From IMG/VR virus record IMGVR_UViG_3300032893_000009, positions 1 to 64,000 of that record: a stretch of 64,000 nt of DNA, one strand, 5' to 3'. The stretch is from a virus. This document shows positions 9,201-17,659 of this stretch, one piece after another; positions within the stretch are counted from its first letter, which is position 1, and each line of letters starts with the position of its first letter. Position numbers and translations under genes: made by a program. A model generated the notes under the pieces. That model did not search any database. It saw only the letters and a list, made by a program, of their open reading frames with translations, and was not told the origin of the DNA.

Positions 9201-9798
9201 GCACGGGAGTGGTGATCGTGGGCGGAGTGAAGCCGCCCGAAAAGAAGGGCTGAGCCTCAGTCTCAGCGCGCACATCTACGCCGCCGTTCCTCCCAGCGAG
9301 GTGTTGCGCCGGGTGCGGGCACTGCCTACGGTGCCCGCTCCTAAAAGTCCGCATTGGTCCGCCCTGTGCCGGACCAAGGCTCGCCACTACGGCAAGTCGG
9401 TGTGGAAGAAAAATCCCATCAAGCTGGTGCGCAAGCCTGCCGACGCCGAGGCTTTCAAGCTGCTGCCGGTCAAGCTGCGCGATCATCTGGTCAGCGCCGC
9501 GCCCGTACAGAGGTTCAACCCCCGCGATCTGGTGACCAACCAGCCAGTGGTTTATCTGGCCGACCTCGAACACTTTCTGCGCCACGGCAAGGACCCCGAG
9601 CCGGTAATCGTGCTCAGGAGCAGCGCCGGGTTGTATGTTCACAACGGCAACCACCGCAGTACACTGGCATTGCTGTCCGGGCACAAGGTGCGGGCGCGCT
9701 ACGTGGACCTCGCCAAGGTTCCCGAGGTGCAGAACAGGATCAAGGTGGCGGCCAACATTCTCGACGCGAAGGAAGCCCTTCAGGAGGTGGGTGTATGA
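6238..9798 (+). CDS. Polyvalent effector polyprotein: zeta-toxin kinase + HAD phosphatase + Fic + unknown (SAM-lyase-like) + ParB-like
   Basis: GKPGAGKS/INAD (zeta-like P-loop), GFDLDGTLA...YDDR (HAD), HPLADGMGR (Fic-like), VHNGNHR (ParB/Srx-like). Four [FY][NS]xD[QE]xR..G.[WF] tags. Confidence 0.85.
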   Translation: MSLSPTHGTLGGASPFDFEALRDQIIQAFNPDQPRVPAGNPGGGEFAKGGALSDTEIERRLKAPSLPNLFKQPSSAPSSQRSSTPEEQAARIQQVKDKASSDPEWHNAAQAVGARGEHRDDPGVMKDGLYTPSAQAENDRIASEFLTSAAQSRSGEQPVAVFLVGKPGAGKSGLIAKLQARGDLPPTVPINADLVQEKLPGYTPGLTAAYHERACDIARNCLTPAVLAGRYNAYFDTTDGADRLEKTARQFKDAGYHIVVVHADVDTATSVERVYNRFRQDGRYIPLDIVEGYGEKPKNAYERLKASGLADEWREYDTTAEGFAGGQSVGQPARVVEKGARSSRQILSRSRGSVGAGAAGRGRAGSRDIARRARAAQARVALLAACNEWGILGDGEPEITSYNPDQARDSAGKWTSGGSEPESWVGFDLDGTLAEYHGWKGSDHIGAPIPQMVRIIKKHLADGDKVKIFTARVANDPKGVAKQAIEKWCVQHLGQKLPVTCVKDSGMTMLYDDRAVAVVRNDGTLLNDPSEIEAKCVACECGDCVIHAYSEDEARDEHGRWTAGMEENLAVMSRTSHGTGREPDRPALAESGDALAEKANQNFREAADWVWQHRDQKLDSGATVRHTIEKLGSIVNQGLLAPGQSPWRTWNDSAKGYIPVERMMPRLYQFCDQLAARMKAGDDPKSTAAFVEHEFNAEIHPLADGMGRTTMLLAGMTLLQNGHELPRYGDRAAFYKGITSPGWEGFYHSLFGVQAFSPDEARDAYGRWTTGGDVYVSPNVEENTKFDEAVKQVDSDRQKNFVSLAHRVCEAVLGQSEVNNAVGAWADGAENSTHITSHTDNVEDLKYAGALLAKAAQQKAFLWFRHDPAGGSLLYTIRTEEDLSTIEKRVRGVAALENHTLVPHSWGTEIQVFDKDGSSAEAIGAFSAAHGYRTTAARGEGNFEGSWTSREEGAKEYDRIIQDYEEAHPGRAYRDSLTFQHRGRDEEGHGSGDRGRSEAARKEGLSLSLSAHIYAAVPPSEVLRRVRALPTVPAPKSPHWSALCRTKARHYGKSVWKKNPIKLVRKPADAEAFKLLPVKLRDHLVSAAPVQRFNPRDLVTNQPVVYLADLEHFLRHGKDPEPVIVLRSSAGLYVHNGNHRSTLALLSGHKVRARYVDLAKVPEVQNRIKVAANILDAKEALQEVGV
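7184..7378 (+). CDS. Nested +1-frame 64-aa protein, candidate zeta-domain antitoxin
   Basis: GGAGG RBS then ATG. MTQQPRDLLEANLSDSQRELWRKA...PEEAWEQALQEGAELG reads as amphipathic helices, while the host frame here is R/G/A-rich low complexity. Confidence 0.55.
   Translation: MTQQPRDLLEANLSDSQRELWRKARAVPGKYSADPEEAWEQALQEGAELGAAILREGQGPPKPA
9107..9253 (+). CDS. Nested +1-frame 48-aa protein, candidate antitoxin/partner
   Basis: aaggag..aagga RBS and the same GGAATATGAC start context as 7184. Sequence MTESSKTTKKPTPEELTAILLRFNIEDVTKKGTGVVIVGGVKPPEKKG. Confidence 0.55.
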   Translation: MTESSKTTKKPTPEELTAILLRFNIEDVTKKGTGVVIVGGVKPPEKKG

Positions 9799-12700
9799 GC
9801 CTGCTGTCTCTGGCGATTCAGGAGCTGGCCGACACCATGGAGATGCACGCCTCCGCCTACGTGATCTATGCGTGGAACGAGGAGGATCACCCCCGCGACG
9901 CGCACGGCAAGTTTGCCACCAAGGGCGGCACCGCCGCCGTGAACACCCCTGACAAGGCTGCCGCGCGGCTGGCCAATCTCGGCTACCGGCTGGACGAGGC
10001 CAAGCAAAGCTCCGATGTGTGGCGGGATCAGCGGGGGCGCACGGTGCGGGTATCGAAGTACGATGCGCAGCACCCCGGCAATGTCAACCTTCGCCGCTAC
10101 CGGATGTTCGGCCCGGATGGCGAGAGGCTGTATCAGGGCCACCAGCTGCCTGAGCTGGAGCGGTTGCACGGCAAGCAGCCGCCAGCCCCGCCACAGGCCC
10201 CTGCCGCCCCGGCAAAGCAGGTTGTGGCACCGGCTCCCAAGGCCCCCGCTCCGGCTGCCCCGGCGCAGAACGCTCTGGCCAAGCAGGCCGCCGCCGTGGT
10301 CAGCCTTGCCATGCAGAAGAAGCTGGCCGACGCAGGCTTTGCCCTGAAGGGCATGGTGGACCCCGCACAAGTAATGGGCGGACGGGCAGTGGTGGCCTTC
10401 GTGCATCCCTCCGGTGCCGAGCTGCGAATTTCCACCAATGCTGAGGGCAAGACGATCTATCAGATTTCCATAGGCAGGGACGAGCAGGGCAAACTCCGGC
10501 TGGCCCCCGCGCAGCTGCACAGGCCTTTTGGTGCCGACGGCCAGCTGCGCCCGGATATTCAGTGGGCTCTCAGCAAGCCGCCTGCCGGGCTCACCCAAGC
10601 GCCGGTCAAGCGTGGCGACGCTCCGCCGGAAGGCACCCTGCATGAGAGAGCGCACAATGCTCTGATCGCCGCAGGCTTTGTTTACAAGGGCACCCTTAAC
10701 AAGCGGGCCTATTACGCTCTGCCTGACAAGAATGTGTTTGTCCTTGCCTCTGACCGCCGTGACGATTCTGTGTACAAGGATGGCAAGAACATCACCTACG
10801 CCGCACTCGATCAGGGCATGTTCCTGTTCCGGCGAAACAAACAAGGCAATACTTACCTGCCCAACACCTTCCGCGACGCAGTTGGCCTGCCGCGCAATCC
10901 AGTTGGCGTGATAGACGAGCAGAAGGGCTATGAACTGGCATTTCCCAGAGCCGAGGATCGGGCCGCGCTGGACAAGGCCGGGTTCACCGTAACCAAGGCC
11001 GAGAGCGACGAGGCGGGCAATGTCTCGATTGTGCTGACCCATCCCAGCGGAGTGAGGATCGAAAAGGGCGCTAGTATGTATGCCCGTGTCTTTGATAAAG
11101 ACGGCAAGGACATGGGGCAGATAACCGGGGTGCGCGACCAATTCGGCTACTTGTACAAGGGCATTCGCCAAGCCATCGGCATGCCCGATCCCGACTTGAG
11201 AATGCCCACAGCCAAGCCCGCCGACGAAACAGAACCGGAGTGGCGATATGAGCGTGGGGCGCATAGCGTGCTGGTGGGTGCTGGCATACAGTACATGGGC
11301 ATGGGCCGCGACAAGGACGGGAACACTTATGCAAGTTACAAGGCCCCCAACGGAACGCGCCTGCAGATGTTTGCCGACCGGGGCGCGGTGGCCTTTGACA
11401 AAGACGGCAATCAGGTGGGGAGGTGGCTTAACGGCGCAGCCATCTATGGCTCAAACAGGCAGGGCAATTATTATCTGCGCCCCGAATTCCGTACCGCCAT
11501 GGGCCTCCCCAAGCCACAGTTCACTGGCGACGCGCAGGCTGAGTTCAACAGACTGGTTGACAGAGAGGATCAGAAGGCGCTGGCCGACGCCGGGTTCAAG
11601 CTGGATCGTGTGGAGCTGAATGACAAGGAAGAACCCTACGCGATGCTGACGCATCCGAGCGGCGTCACGATGCGCTACAACGGTAATGACTACATTCTTG
11701 AAAAGGGAGGTCAACCCATTGCCGGACCCAACAGGCACCTTGCAGACAACTTCGGTTTTGTGAACAAGGACATCCGGCAGGCCATCGGCATGCCCGACCC
11801 CGACTTACGCATCCCCACTGCGAAGCCTCCGAGTGCAGCCGACGAGCCACCTTACGAGTTGATCGGCAGCATACGCATGAAGCAGGCAATGCTAAGCAAC
11901 GGCTTCGTCTATCAGGGTGTGGGCCGGGACAAGGACGGCTGGCAGTATGCCAAGTACACCGGTCCCAACGGGGTGACGCTGCGGGCCACGGCCAGCCCAG
12001 ATAACGGGTACAAGGCCAAGGGCTACGACAAGGACGGCAATCTGCTGGGCGAGTGGGGCAAGGTCTACGACCGCAACCGGTTCAACAATGGCTATCTGAT
12101 TCCCGAGGTGCGCAAGGCGCTGGGTGTCCCCCTCCCTGCTTATAGGGGAGGGATGGTGCCGGACGCTGTTCTCAGAACCCTGATCAATTCTGACGCCCGC
12201 AATGCCCTGATCGGGGCTGGATTCGTAGTCAGCCATGTAACGATGAACGACAAGGAAGAGCCTACGGTGGTCCTCACTCACCCCAACGGCGTGCAGATGA
12301 TCATAGACGGCGATGGCTACAAACTGCAGCACGGGTCGCAGGCCGGTCCACGCGACGGCATGGGAATGATGCTGGACAAGTTTGGCTTCCTGAACAAGGA
12401 AATCCGTCAGGCTGCTGGACTGCCGGAGCCGGACCTGAAGCTGCCCACGCAGATAGTGAGGTCGATGCCCAACGTCATCTCCGGTGGGCTGAAAGACGCG
12501 CTGAAGAATGCAGGCTTTGTTCTGCAGGGCGTGGGCCGTGACAAGGATGGCGTGGACTACGCCAAGTTCCTGCACCCCACGGGTGCGGTGGTAAGGATTG
12601 ACGAGAACAAGAACATCTACGTGACCCCTCCGGGCGGCAAGGAAGTGCAGTTTCCCGATCAGCATCCCTACGAGCGCGACGCCAAGAACATTCCGAATCT

Positions 12701-13589
12701 GAAGATTGGCCTGCGCGAGGCTGCCGGAATGCCGACGTGGTGGCTGTCCGCCCCCGGCACCTCGGATATTCCCCAGCCGGTCATTCCGCCCCGGGTTCCG
12801 GCCCCCGTGGTGCCCAGTGAGTCGGTACAGCCCGATCTGCCTATACCCGATCTTCCGCCGCGCGACCCGTCAATTGCGATTGAGAAGGCGCTGTCCACAG
12901 GCCAATCCACCGGGAACAAGAACGCACGCGGCGGCATCAACGCCCTGTACAAGATCAATGTGGCCGGAGTCGGGGAGTGCGGCTTCAAGCCTAATAATGG
13001 GGAAGACACACGCTGTGCGCAGTGCTGGGCTGTCGAGGGCGACGCGGGCGCGCAGGCCAAGCGCGAGGTGGCGGCTTGGCAGATCGCCAAGATGGTGGGG
13101 ATGCGGGATTTGATGGCCCCCCGCGCCATGCGCGAGCACGACGGGGAGCTCGGGGTTGTTTTTCCTTGGACCCCGGGAGAAGTGGCAGGCAATGTCAGCG
13201 CGTCCAAGCGTTTCGACGGCGAGCAGGATTGCGCGCGCTGCGCGGCTTACGACTACGTGGTGGCCGACGGCGACCGGCACAGTAACAACTGGCTCATACA
13301 GGACGATGCTTCAGAGCCCAAAATTCAGCTCATCGATCACGGGCTGATCATTCCCAACGACGACAAGATGAACAGCACACAGGGATTTCTTGCCGAGATG
13401 ATGGACGCGCAGGAACCGGGTCTGCGGCCCTACGAAATGGCGCAGCCCTTTGTGGACAAGAAAAACGACATCATCACCTATCTCGCCAATCAGGGATTCA
13501 GCAAAGAGGCGATTCATGGCGTGGCGGTGCGTATCGATGATTTGGCTCGGGCCAAGCAATGGAACGACCTGAAGTATAAGGCTTGGTAG
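9795..13589 (+). CDS. Head-cargo protein with eight ~100-aa repeats and a C-terminal HipA/PI3-PI4K-like kinase
   Basis: Start at the ATGA overlap with GGAGG RBS. WNEEDHPRDAHGKF tag; LxxAGF...HPxG repeats; FKP..E, REVAAW, DRHSNN and IDHGL kinase motifs. Confidence 0.8.
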   Translation: MSLLSLAIQELADTMEMHASAYVIYAWNEEDHPRDAHGKFATKGGTAAVNTPDKAAARLANLGYRLDEAKQSSDVWRDQRGRTVRVSKYDAQHPGNVNLRRYRMFGPDGERLYQGHQLPELERLHGKQPPAPPQAPAAPAKQVVAPAPKAPAPAAPAQNALAKQAAAVVSLAMQKKLADAGFALKGMVDPAQVMGGRAVVAFVHPSGAELRISTNAEGKTIYQISIGRDEQGKLRLAPAQLHRPFGADGQLRPDIQWALSKPPAGLTQAPVKRGDAPPEGTLHERAHNALIAAGFVYKGTLNKRAYYALPDKNVFVLASDRRDDSVYKDGKNITYAALDQGMFLFRRNKQGNTYLPNTFRDAVGLPRNPVGVIDEQKGYELAFPRAEDRAALDKAGFTVTKAESDEAGNVSIVLTHPSGVRIEKGASMYARVFDKDGKDMGQITGVRDQFGYLYKGIRQAIGMPDPDLRMPTAKPADETEPEWRYERGAHSVLVGAGIQYMGMGRDKDGNTYASYKAPNGTRLQMFADRGAVAFDKDGNQVGRWLNGAAIYGSNRQGNYYLRPEFRTAMGLPKPQFTGDAQAEFNRLVDREDQKALADAGFKLDRVELNDKEEPYAMLTHPSGVTMRYNGNDYILEKGGQPIAGPNRHLADNFGFVNKDIRQAIGMPDPDLRIPTAKPPSAADEPPYELIGSIRMKQAMLSNGFVYQGVGRDKDGWQYAKYTGPNGVTLRATASPDNGYKAKGYDKDGNLLGEWGKVYDRNRFNNGYLIPEVRKALGVPLPAYRGGMVPDAVLRTLINSDARNALIGAGFVVSHVTMNDKEEPTVVLTHPNGVQMIIDGDGYKLQHGSQAGPRDGMGMMLDKFGFLNKEIRQAAGLPEPDLKLPTQIVRSMPNVISGGLKDALKNAGFVLQGVGRDKDGVDYAKFLHPTGAVVRIDENKNIYVTPPGGKEVQFPDQHPYERDAKNIPNLKIGLREAAGMPTWWLSAPGTSDIPQPVIPPRVPAPVVPSESVQPDLPIPDLPPRDPSIAIEKALSTGQSTGNKNARGGINALYKINVAGVGECGFKPNNGEDTRCAQCWAVEGDAGAQAKREVAAWQIAKMVGMRDLMAPRAMREHDGELGVVFPWTPGEVAGNVSASKRFDGEQDCARCAAYDYVVADGDRHSNNWLIQDDASEPKIQLIDHGLIIPNDDKMNSTQGFLAEMMDAQEPGLRPYEMAQPFVDKKNDIITYLANQGFSKEAIHGVAVRIDDLARAKQWNDLKYKAW

Positions 13590-13604
13590 AAGGACTGGCG
13601 GAAC

Positions 13605-14732
13605 ATGGATTTAAACTGCATCTTCTACGTCACGCATTTCGACGGGAAGCGGGTCACCCAAGTTCCCGAGGCGAAGGTCATGCTGCGCGGCAGCAGCATC
13701 ACCGGGCTCGCGCTCAATTCCCACTTCGACGTGGATGACTTTATACGGGACCCGCTGCGCATCGGGAGCATTGCCATTCCGAAGAGCGATCCTGTGGCGT
13801 GGATGCGGGCGCTGCCCCATGTCTACGGCGGCAGCTACCTGCGCGCCGAATTGCGGGACGCGAATGGCAAGCCGGTCAGTGGGGAGGGCGACTTTGATCC
13901 CGGCGGCGCGCTGTACAAGTACCTGCCCAAGGAGCCTGTGCCTGCCAGCGTGGTGAGAGCTGCTGAAGCTGCTGTCGAGGTGGAGATGCAGCGCACTGCC
14001 AAGAACCTCGACGCAGTATCGCCTCCCGGCTGGCGGGGAACGACCGAGCACATGAAGGATCACCCGGAGATCACCAATCCATATGCTCTGGCGTGGTGGC
14101 AATACAAACGCGGCGAGACCTCGCACGTGGACGAGCCACCGGCCACCCCCAAGGTGCATGTGAGCAGGAAGACCGCAAAGGCGCGGCAGAAGTCGCTCGC
14201 CAAGAAAAAGGTGAAGAGCGCCGCCGACGGACTCGGCCCCGGTGCGATCCTGCGCAACTCAATCCGTGAGAAGGCGCTGGGAGTGGCTGCCAAGGCCTAC
14301 AAGCTGTCCGGCTGCACCTCGTTCCAAGGCCTGCCCATCAGCATCGAGACCAAGAAGGGCGAGCGGCGCAGCGGCACCAACCACGACGGCACGCCGTGGA
14401 GCGTGCTCATGCCCGCCGACTACGGCTACATCAAGGGCACCAAGGGCGTGGATGGCGACGAGGTGGACTGCTTCATCGGCCCGCACAAGGATGCCAAGTT
14501 CGCCTACATCTTTCACATCGAGAACGACGCCGATCACTCTTATGACGAGGACAAATGTTTTCTCGGTTACAAGTCCGATGAGGAGGCCATGGTGGTGGCC
14601 AAGCAGGCCTACGACAACTGGGACAAGATATACCGCTCCACCACCATGCTGCCTATGTGGGAGTTCACTCAGAAGGTTTTGCATACCGGCGAACTGAAGA
14701 AGCCGGGTAAGATACACGCGGGGGCACTATGA
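13605..14732 (+). CDS. Multi-domain protein with C-terminal inorganic pyrophosphatase-like (InPase) domain
   Basis: ISIE..KG..RSG...W...M.ADYGYI.GT.G.DGDEVDCFIGP...DEDK motif of polyvalent-protein InPase. Separate ~85-aa N-domain ending LPHVYGGSYLRA. Confidence 0.75.
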   Translation: MDLNCIFYVTHFDGKRVTQVPEAKVMLRGSSITGLALNSHFDVDDFIRDPLRIGSIAIPKSDPVAWMRALPHVYGGSYLRAELRDANGKPVSGEGDFDPGGALYKYLPKEPVPASVVRAAEAAVEVEMQRTAKNLDAVSPPGWRGTTEHMKDHPEITNPYALAWWQYKRGETSHVDEPPATPKVHVSRKTAKARQKSLAKKKVKSAADGLGPGAILRNSIREKALGVAAKAYKLSGCTSFQGLPISIETKKGERRSGTNHDGTPWSVLMPADYGYIKGTKGVDGDEVDCFIGPHKDAKFAYIFHIENDADHSYDEDKCFLGYKSDEEAMVVAKQAYDNWDKIYRSTTMLPMWEFTQKVLHTGELKKPGKIHAGAL

Positions 14733-15544
14733 GCCAGCCATTCATTCCGTGCTACGTGTTCGAGTCCGAGCTGCAGACCTTCGGACTGCCCAGCTCCGTT
14801 GCGCAGCCGGACATTATGAATCTGGTCTATCTGGCCTCCAGCATCATCGACGAGGCCTGCGGGCGGCTGGATGGCGATGGCAACGGCTCGCTGGTCTTCA
14901 CCACCTATGCACAGCGCATTCTGATGCAGACGCGCAACCGCAATCTGGCCTTCATTCCCATCACGCCCCTCGCACCGGTCAGTCAAACTGTCTACGACGA
15001 TCTCGTGTCCTTGGCCAGCGCCACGGGAGTGCCCAATTACTACCTTACCGGCAATCTGCAGGTGAGCACCCAGTACGGGCCTTGGGGCACGCTGTCGGGG
15101 CTTATCGGTGCCAGTGGACGGTACGGCTACACCCGGCAGGATATGAGCATCGCCTACCCCGACCTGTTCGCCTTTATCAACCCTCTCAATCTGGTGACCA
15201 TGTTCGGCGGTCCAGCACCGTGGGTTCCCATCGACATCACGCAGACGGATTACGATTTCAAGTCCGGCGAGGTGTGGGTGCCTGCCGGGCTGCAGCTGCA
15301 GCGCTATTCCGAGGTGATGTTCATATACACCGCCGGGTTCGATCCCCGGGCCATGCCCATTGGCGTCAAGCTGGCTTGTGCCTGTCTGGTGAAGAACGCC
15401 ATGGCACGCGGCGACGGTACCACGGCGCTGACTTCGATGCGATTGGGACGCTCGGGAGCTAATATGGAATTCGTGCCCGGCTCGCTGATTGATCCGACCG
15501 TGGACAATTTGCTCACCCCTTACCGCGTGGTCCGGGCACTTTAG
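14729..15544 (+). CDS. Head-tail adaptor / connector
   Basis: ASSIIDEACGR, YTAGF..MP..VKLAC and LLTPYR motifs typical of SPP1 gp15-like adaptors. Confidence 0.7.
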   Translation: MSQPFIPCYVFESELQTFGLPSSVAQPDIMNLVYLASSIIDEACGRLDGDGNGSLVFTTYAQRILMQTRNRNLAFIPITPLAPVSQTVYDDLVSLASATGVPNYYLTGNLQVSTQYGPWGTLSGLIGASGRYGYTRQDMSIAYPDLFAFINPLNLVTMFGGPAPWVPIDITQTDYDFKSGEVWVPAGLQLQRYSEVMFIYTAGFDPRAMPIGVKLACACLVKNAMARGDGTTALTSMRLGRSGANMEFVPGSLIDPTVDNLLTPYRVVRAL

Positions 15545-15555
15545 GGAGCTTTTGG

Positions 15556-16110
15556 ATGCACACCGACAGATACATCGAGCGTTTTTGGAAAAAGGTTGTC
15601 GTCTCCGGCGACAATGAATGCTGGATTTGGTCTGCTGGTAGGGACAATGACGGCTATGGCAGGTTTTGGGATGGGACCAGGTTGCGGGGGGCGCACCAAT
15701 TTTCTTGGGAGATACACAACGGCCCTATACCAGCCGGGTTGTGCGTTTGCCATACTTGCGACGTTCGTCCGTGCGTCAACCCCTCGCACCTGTTTTTAGC
15801 CACTAATGAGCTGAATTCTGCCGACAGGGCAGCTAAGGGGCGGTCAGCGTCTGGTGACCGCCACGGCTCTAGGACCCATCCAGAGTGCCTTCAGCGTGGG
15901 GATGCTCATTGGGTTAACCGCCGTCCAGAGTGTGTGCCGTGCGGGGCGCAGCGCGCAGACTCTAAATTGACAGAGGATGACGTACGAGAAATCCGCAAAC
16001 TTCATGCTGCTGGTGTACATTTGAGCCGTCGGCTGGCCTCCCATTTTGGTGTTGACCGCACCTTACTTTGGCGAATCGCAAAGCGTAAAACTTGGAGGCA
16101 CGTGCTCTGA
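15556..16110 (+). CDS. HNH homing endonuclease
   Basis: RFW.KV, CWIW, GYG, VCHTCD.R.CVNP.HLFL and a C-terminal HTH; lower GC than flanks. Confidence 0.9.
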   Translation: MHTDRYIERFWKKVVVSGDNECWIWSAGRDNDGYGRFWDGTRLRGAHQFSWEIHNGPIPAGLCVCHTCDVRPCVNPSHLFLATNELNSADRAAKGRSASGDRHGSRTHPECLQRGDAHWVNRRPECVPCGAQRADSKLTEDDVREIRKLHAAGVHLSRRLASHFGVDRTLLWRIAKRKTWRHVL

Positions 16111-16598
16111 TGGGCTACGGCGGACTCAATATCGGCCCCGGCATACAGCGCTTGATCGACGCGCAGATGCGCTATCTCAACGCCGCGCGTGTCCCGGTGT
16201 TCATGCGCTTCCGCAACTTCACCCCGCCGGACAACCAGATGTACGCGCAGCTGGGCTACGTCATCAATCCGCCCAGCCCAGAGCCGCTGACCACCGGGAC
16301 CACCGACGTGCAGATCACCCCGACGCCCGGCACCCGCATGGTGTCCATGCACAACATCGGCATGAGCCAAGGCAAGCTGCGCTTCGGGGCGAGGGACTTC
16401 ACCATCTCCCAGAGCTTCGTGGCCCTTCAGCAGCTTGCTCTTGGATTGGCAACTCCCGATCAGTTATGGTTGTCGCAGCAATTCGTGGGCCTCGTGGCCT
16501 ACGGAGTTTTGTGGACCGTGGAAATGTACGCGTCCGACGACGTGGGCGGTGTTCCGGTGGTCTGGACATGCACCTGCAATGCGAACGAGCAGAGGTAA
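16110..16598 (+). CDS. Putative head closure / neck protein
   Basis: Position in the neck module, beta-rich composition, TGATG overlap start. Confidence 0.5.
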   Translation: MGYGGLNIGPGIQRLIDAQMRYLNAARVPVFMRFRNFTPPDNQMYAQLGYVINPPSPEPLTTGTTDVQITPTPGTRMVSMHNIGMSQGKLRFGARDFTISQSFVALQQLALGLATPDQLWLSQQFVGLVAYGVLWTVEMYASDDVGGVPVVWTCTCNANEQR

Positions 16599-16601
16599 GG
16601 C

Positions 16602-17081
16602 ATGAACCTGACGGCGGCGGTGGAAACACGGAGCAGGGGTCGCCTGATACAGGCCGGGGCCAACGACCGCTTTGCGCCGGTCCATCAGGGCGCGCACATG
16701 CACTTTATGAAGATCGGCTACATGCACACCGGCAACAAGATGCGCGGCGGCATATGCACCAGCGAGTATTTCAAGAACAAGGGCGGCGACACCCGCAATG
16801 TTTCGGTGCAGGCTGACGGGACATATGTGAAGACCTGCAACACGGCCAGCGGCACGCGGCGCAGCCGGGGCAAGATGGATGCCAGTGGAATTACGGCGTG
16901 GCGCGAGGGCGAGCCGCGTGACAAGATAGGGGAGTGGACCCGCGACAAGAAACAGGGCGGGCATGGCGGGCACTCTATGGGCCACCACGGGCATTCCCAT
17001 GGGGCTCACCATGAGCGTGGCAAGCATAGTGGGCGCATGGAGAGAAAGATGCAGCGCCACCGGCAACGCAGGAGTGAGTAA
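16602..17081 (+). CDS. Small basic His-rich head-cargo protein
   Basis: Contains the ITA-WREGEPRDKIGEW tag and a GHGGHSMGHHGHSHGAHH tract. Confidence 0.6.
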   Translation: MNLTAAVETRSRGRLIQAGANDRFAPVHQGAHMHFMKIGYMHTGNKMRGGICTSEYFKNKGGDTRNVSVQADGTYVKTCNTASGTRRSRGKMDASGITAWREGEPRDKIGEWTRDKKQGGHGGHSMGHHGHSHGAHHERGKHSGRMERKMQRHRQRRSE

Positions 17082-17093
17082 CGAGGAGACGAT

Positions 17094-17381
17094 ATGAGCA
17101 GGACTGTGCTGATCAGCAGATCGCAGCTTCACGGTTACGTGAACCGCATGATCCGGGCCACCGTGCTCGAAGACAAGGGTGCCACGCTGCGGGTGGTGGT
17201 GGATGGCCAGTCCAAGGTCATCGAGGTGAAGGCCGCCGAGGTCAGGGACGCGCCCAAGGTCTTCGGCAATCAGGCAGCGGTATCGCGGGGGGCGATTGTG
17301 CAGAATGCCATCCCCGACAGTCCCGGCTGTCTGGTAAGGATTCTGGGGAAGCGCGGCAGTAACCCGGCTTCGGGCCGGTAA
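17094..17381 (+). CDS. Hypothetical protein (SH3-like N-terminus possible)
   Basis: gaggag RBS, in operon. Confidence 0.6.
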   Translation: MSRTVLISRSQLHGYVNRMIRATVLEDKGATLRVVVDGQSKVIEVKAAEVRDAPKVFGNQAAVSRGAIVQNAIPDSPGCLVRILGKRGSNPASGR

Positions 17382-17401
17382 CTCAACAAGGAGAACAAGC
17401 G

Positions 17402-17647
17402 ATGGCGAGCACTCAATTGATCACCGACACGAAGAGCGTTCTTAGCAACGGCCCGAGCGCTGCGACCACAGCAAAGGCAATCGCGGCTGCCGGTCCCATC
17501 ATGGACTACACAGGTCAGGTGAACGGCCTGCTGACCATGCTCGAAGAGGCCAACCGCAACGCAACCAATTTGCTTACGGACACCGATCAGAGCACGGACG
17601 CTGCGAACTACACCCTGATCTCCAACATCCTCGCATCCCTGTCCTGA
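17402..17647 (+). CDS. Hypothetical virion protein
   Basis: aaggag RBS, biased codons. Confidence 0.65.
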   Translation: MASTQLITDTKSVLSNGPSAATTAKAIAAAGPIMDYTGQVNGLLTMLEEANRNATNLLTDTDQSTDAANYTLISNILASLS

Positions 17648-17659
17648 TGGAGGACCGGG

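Noticed and set aside
9354-9794. 147-aa N-terminal extension of the kinase protein
   Set aside because: It overlaps the ParB-like domain of the upstream gene; RBS and ATGA coupling support a start at 9795.
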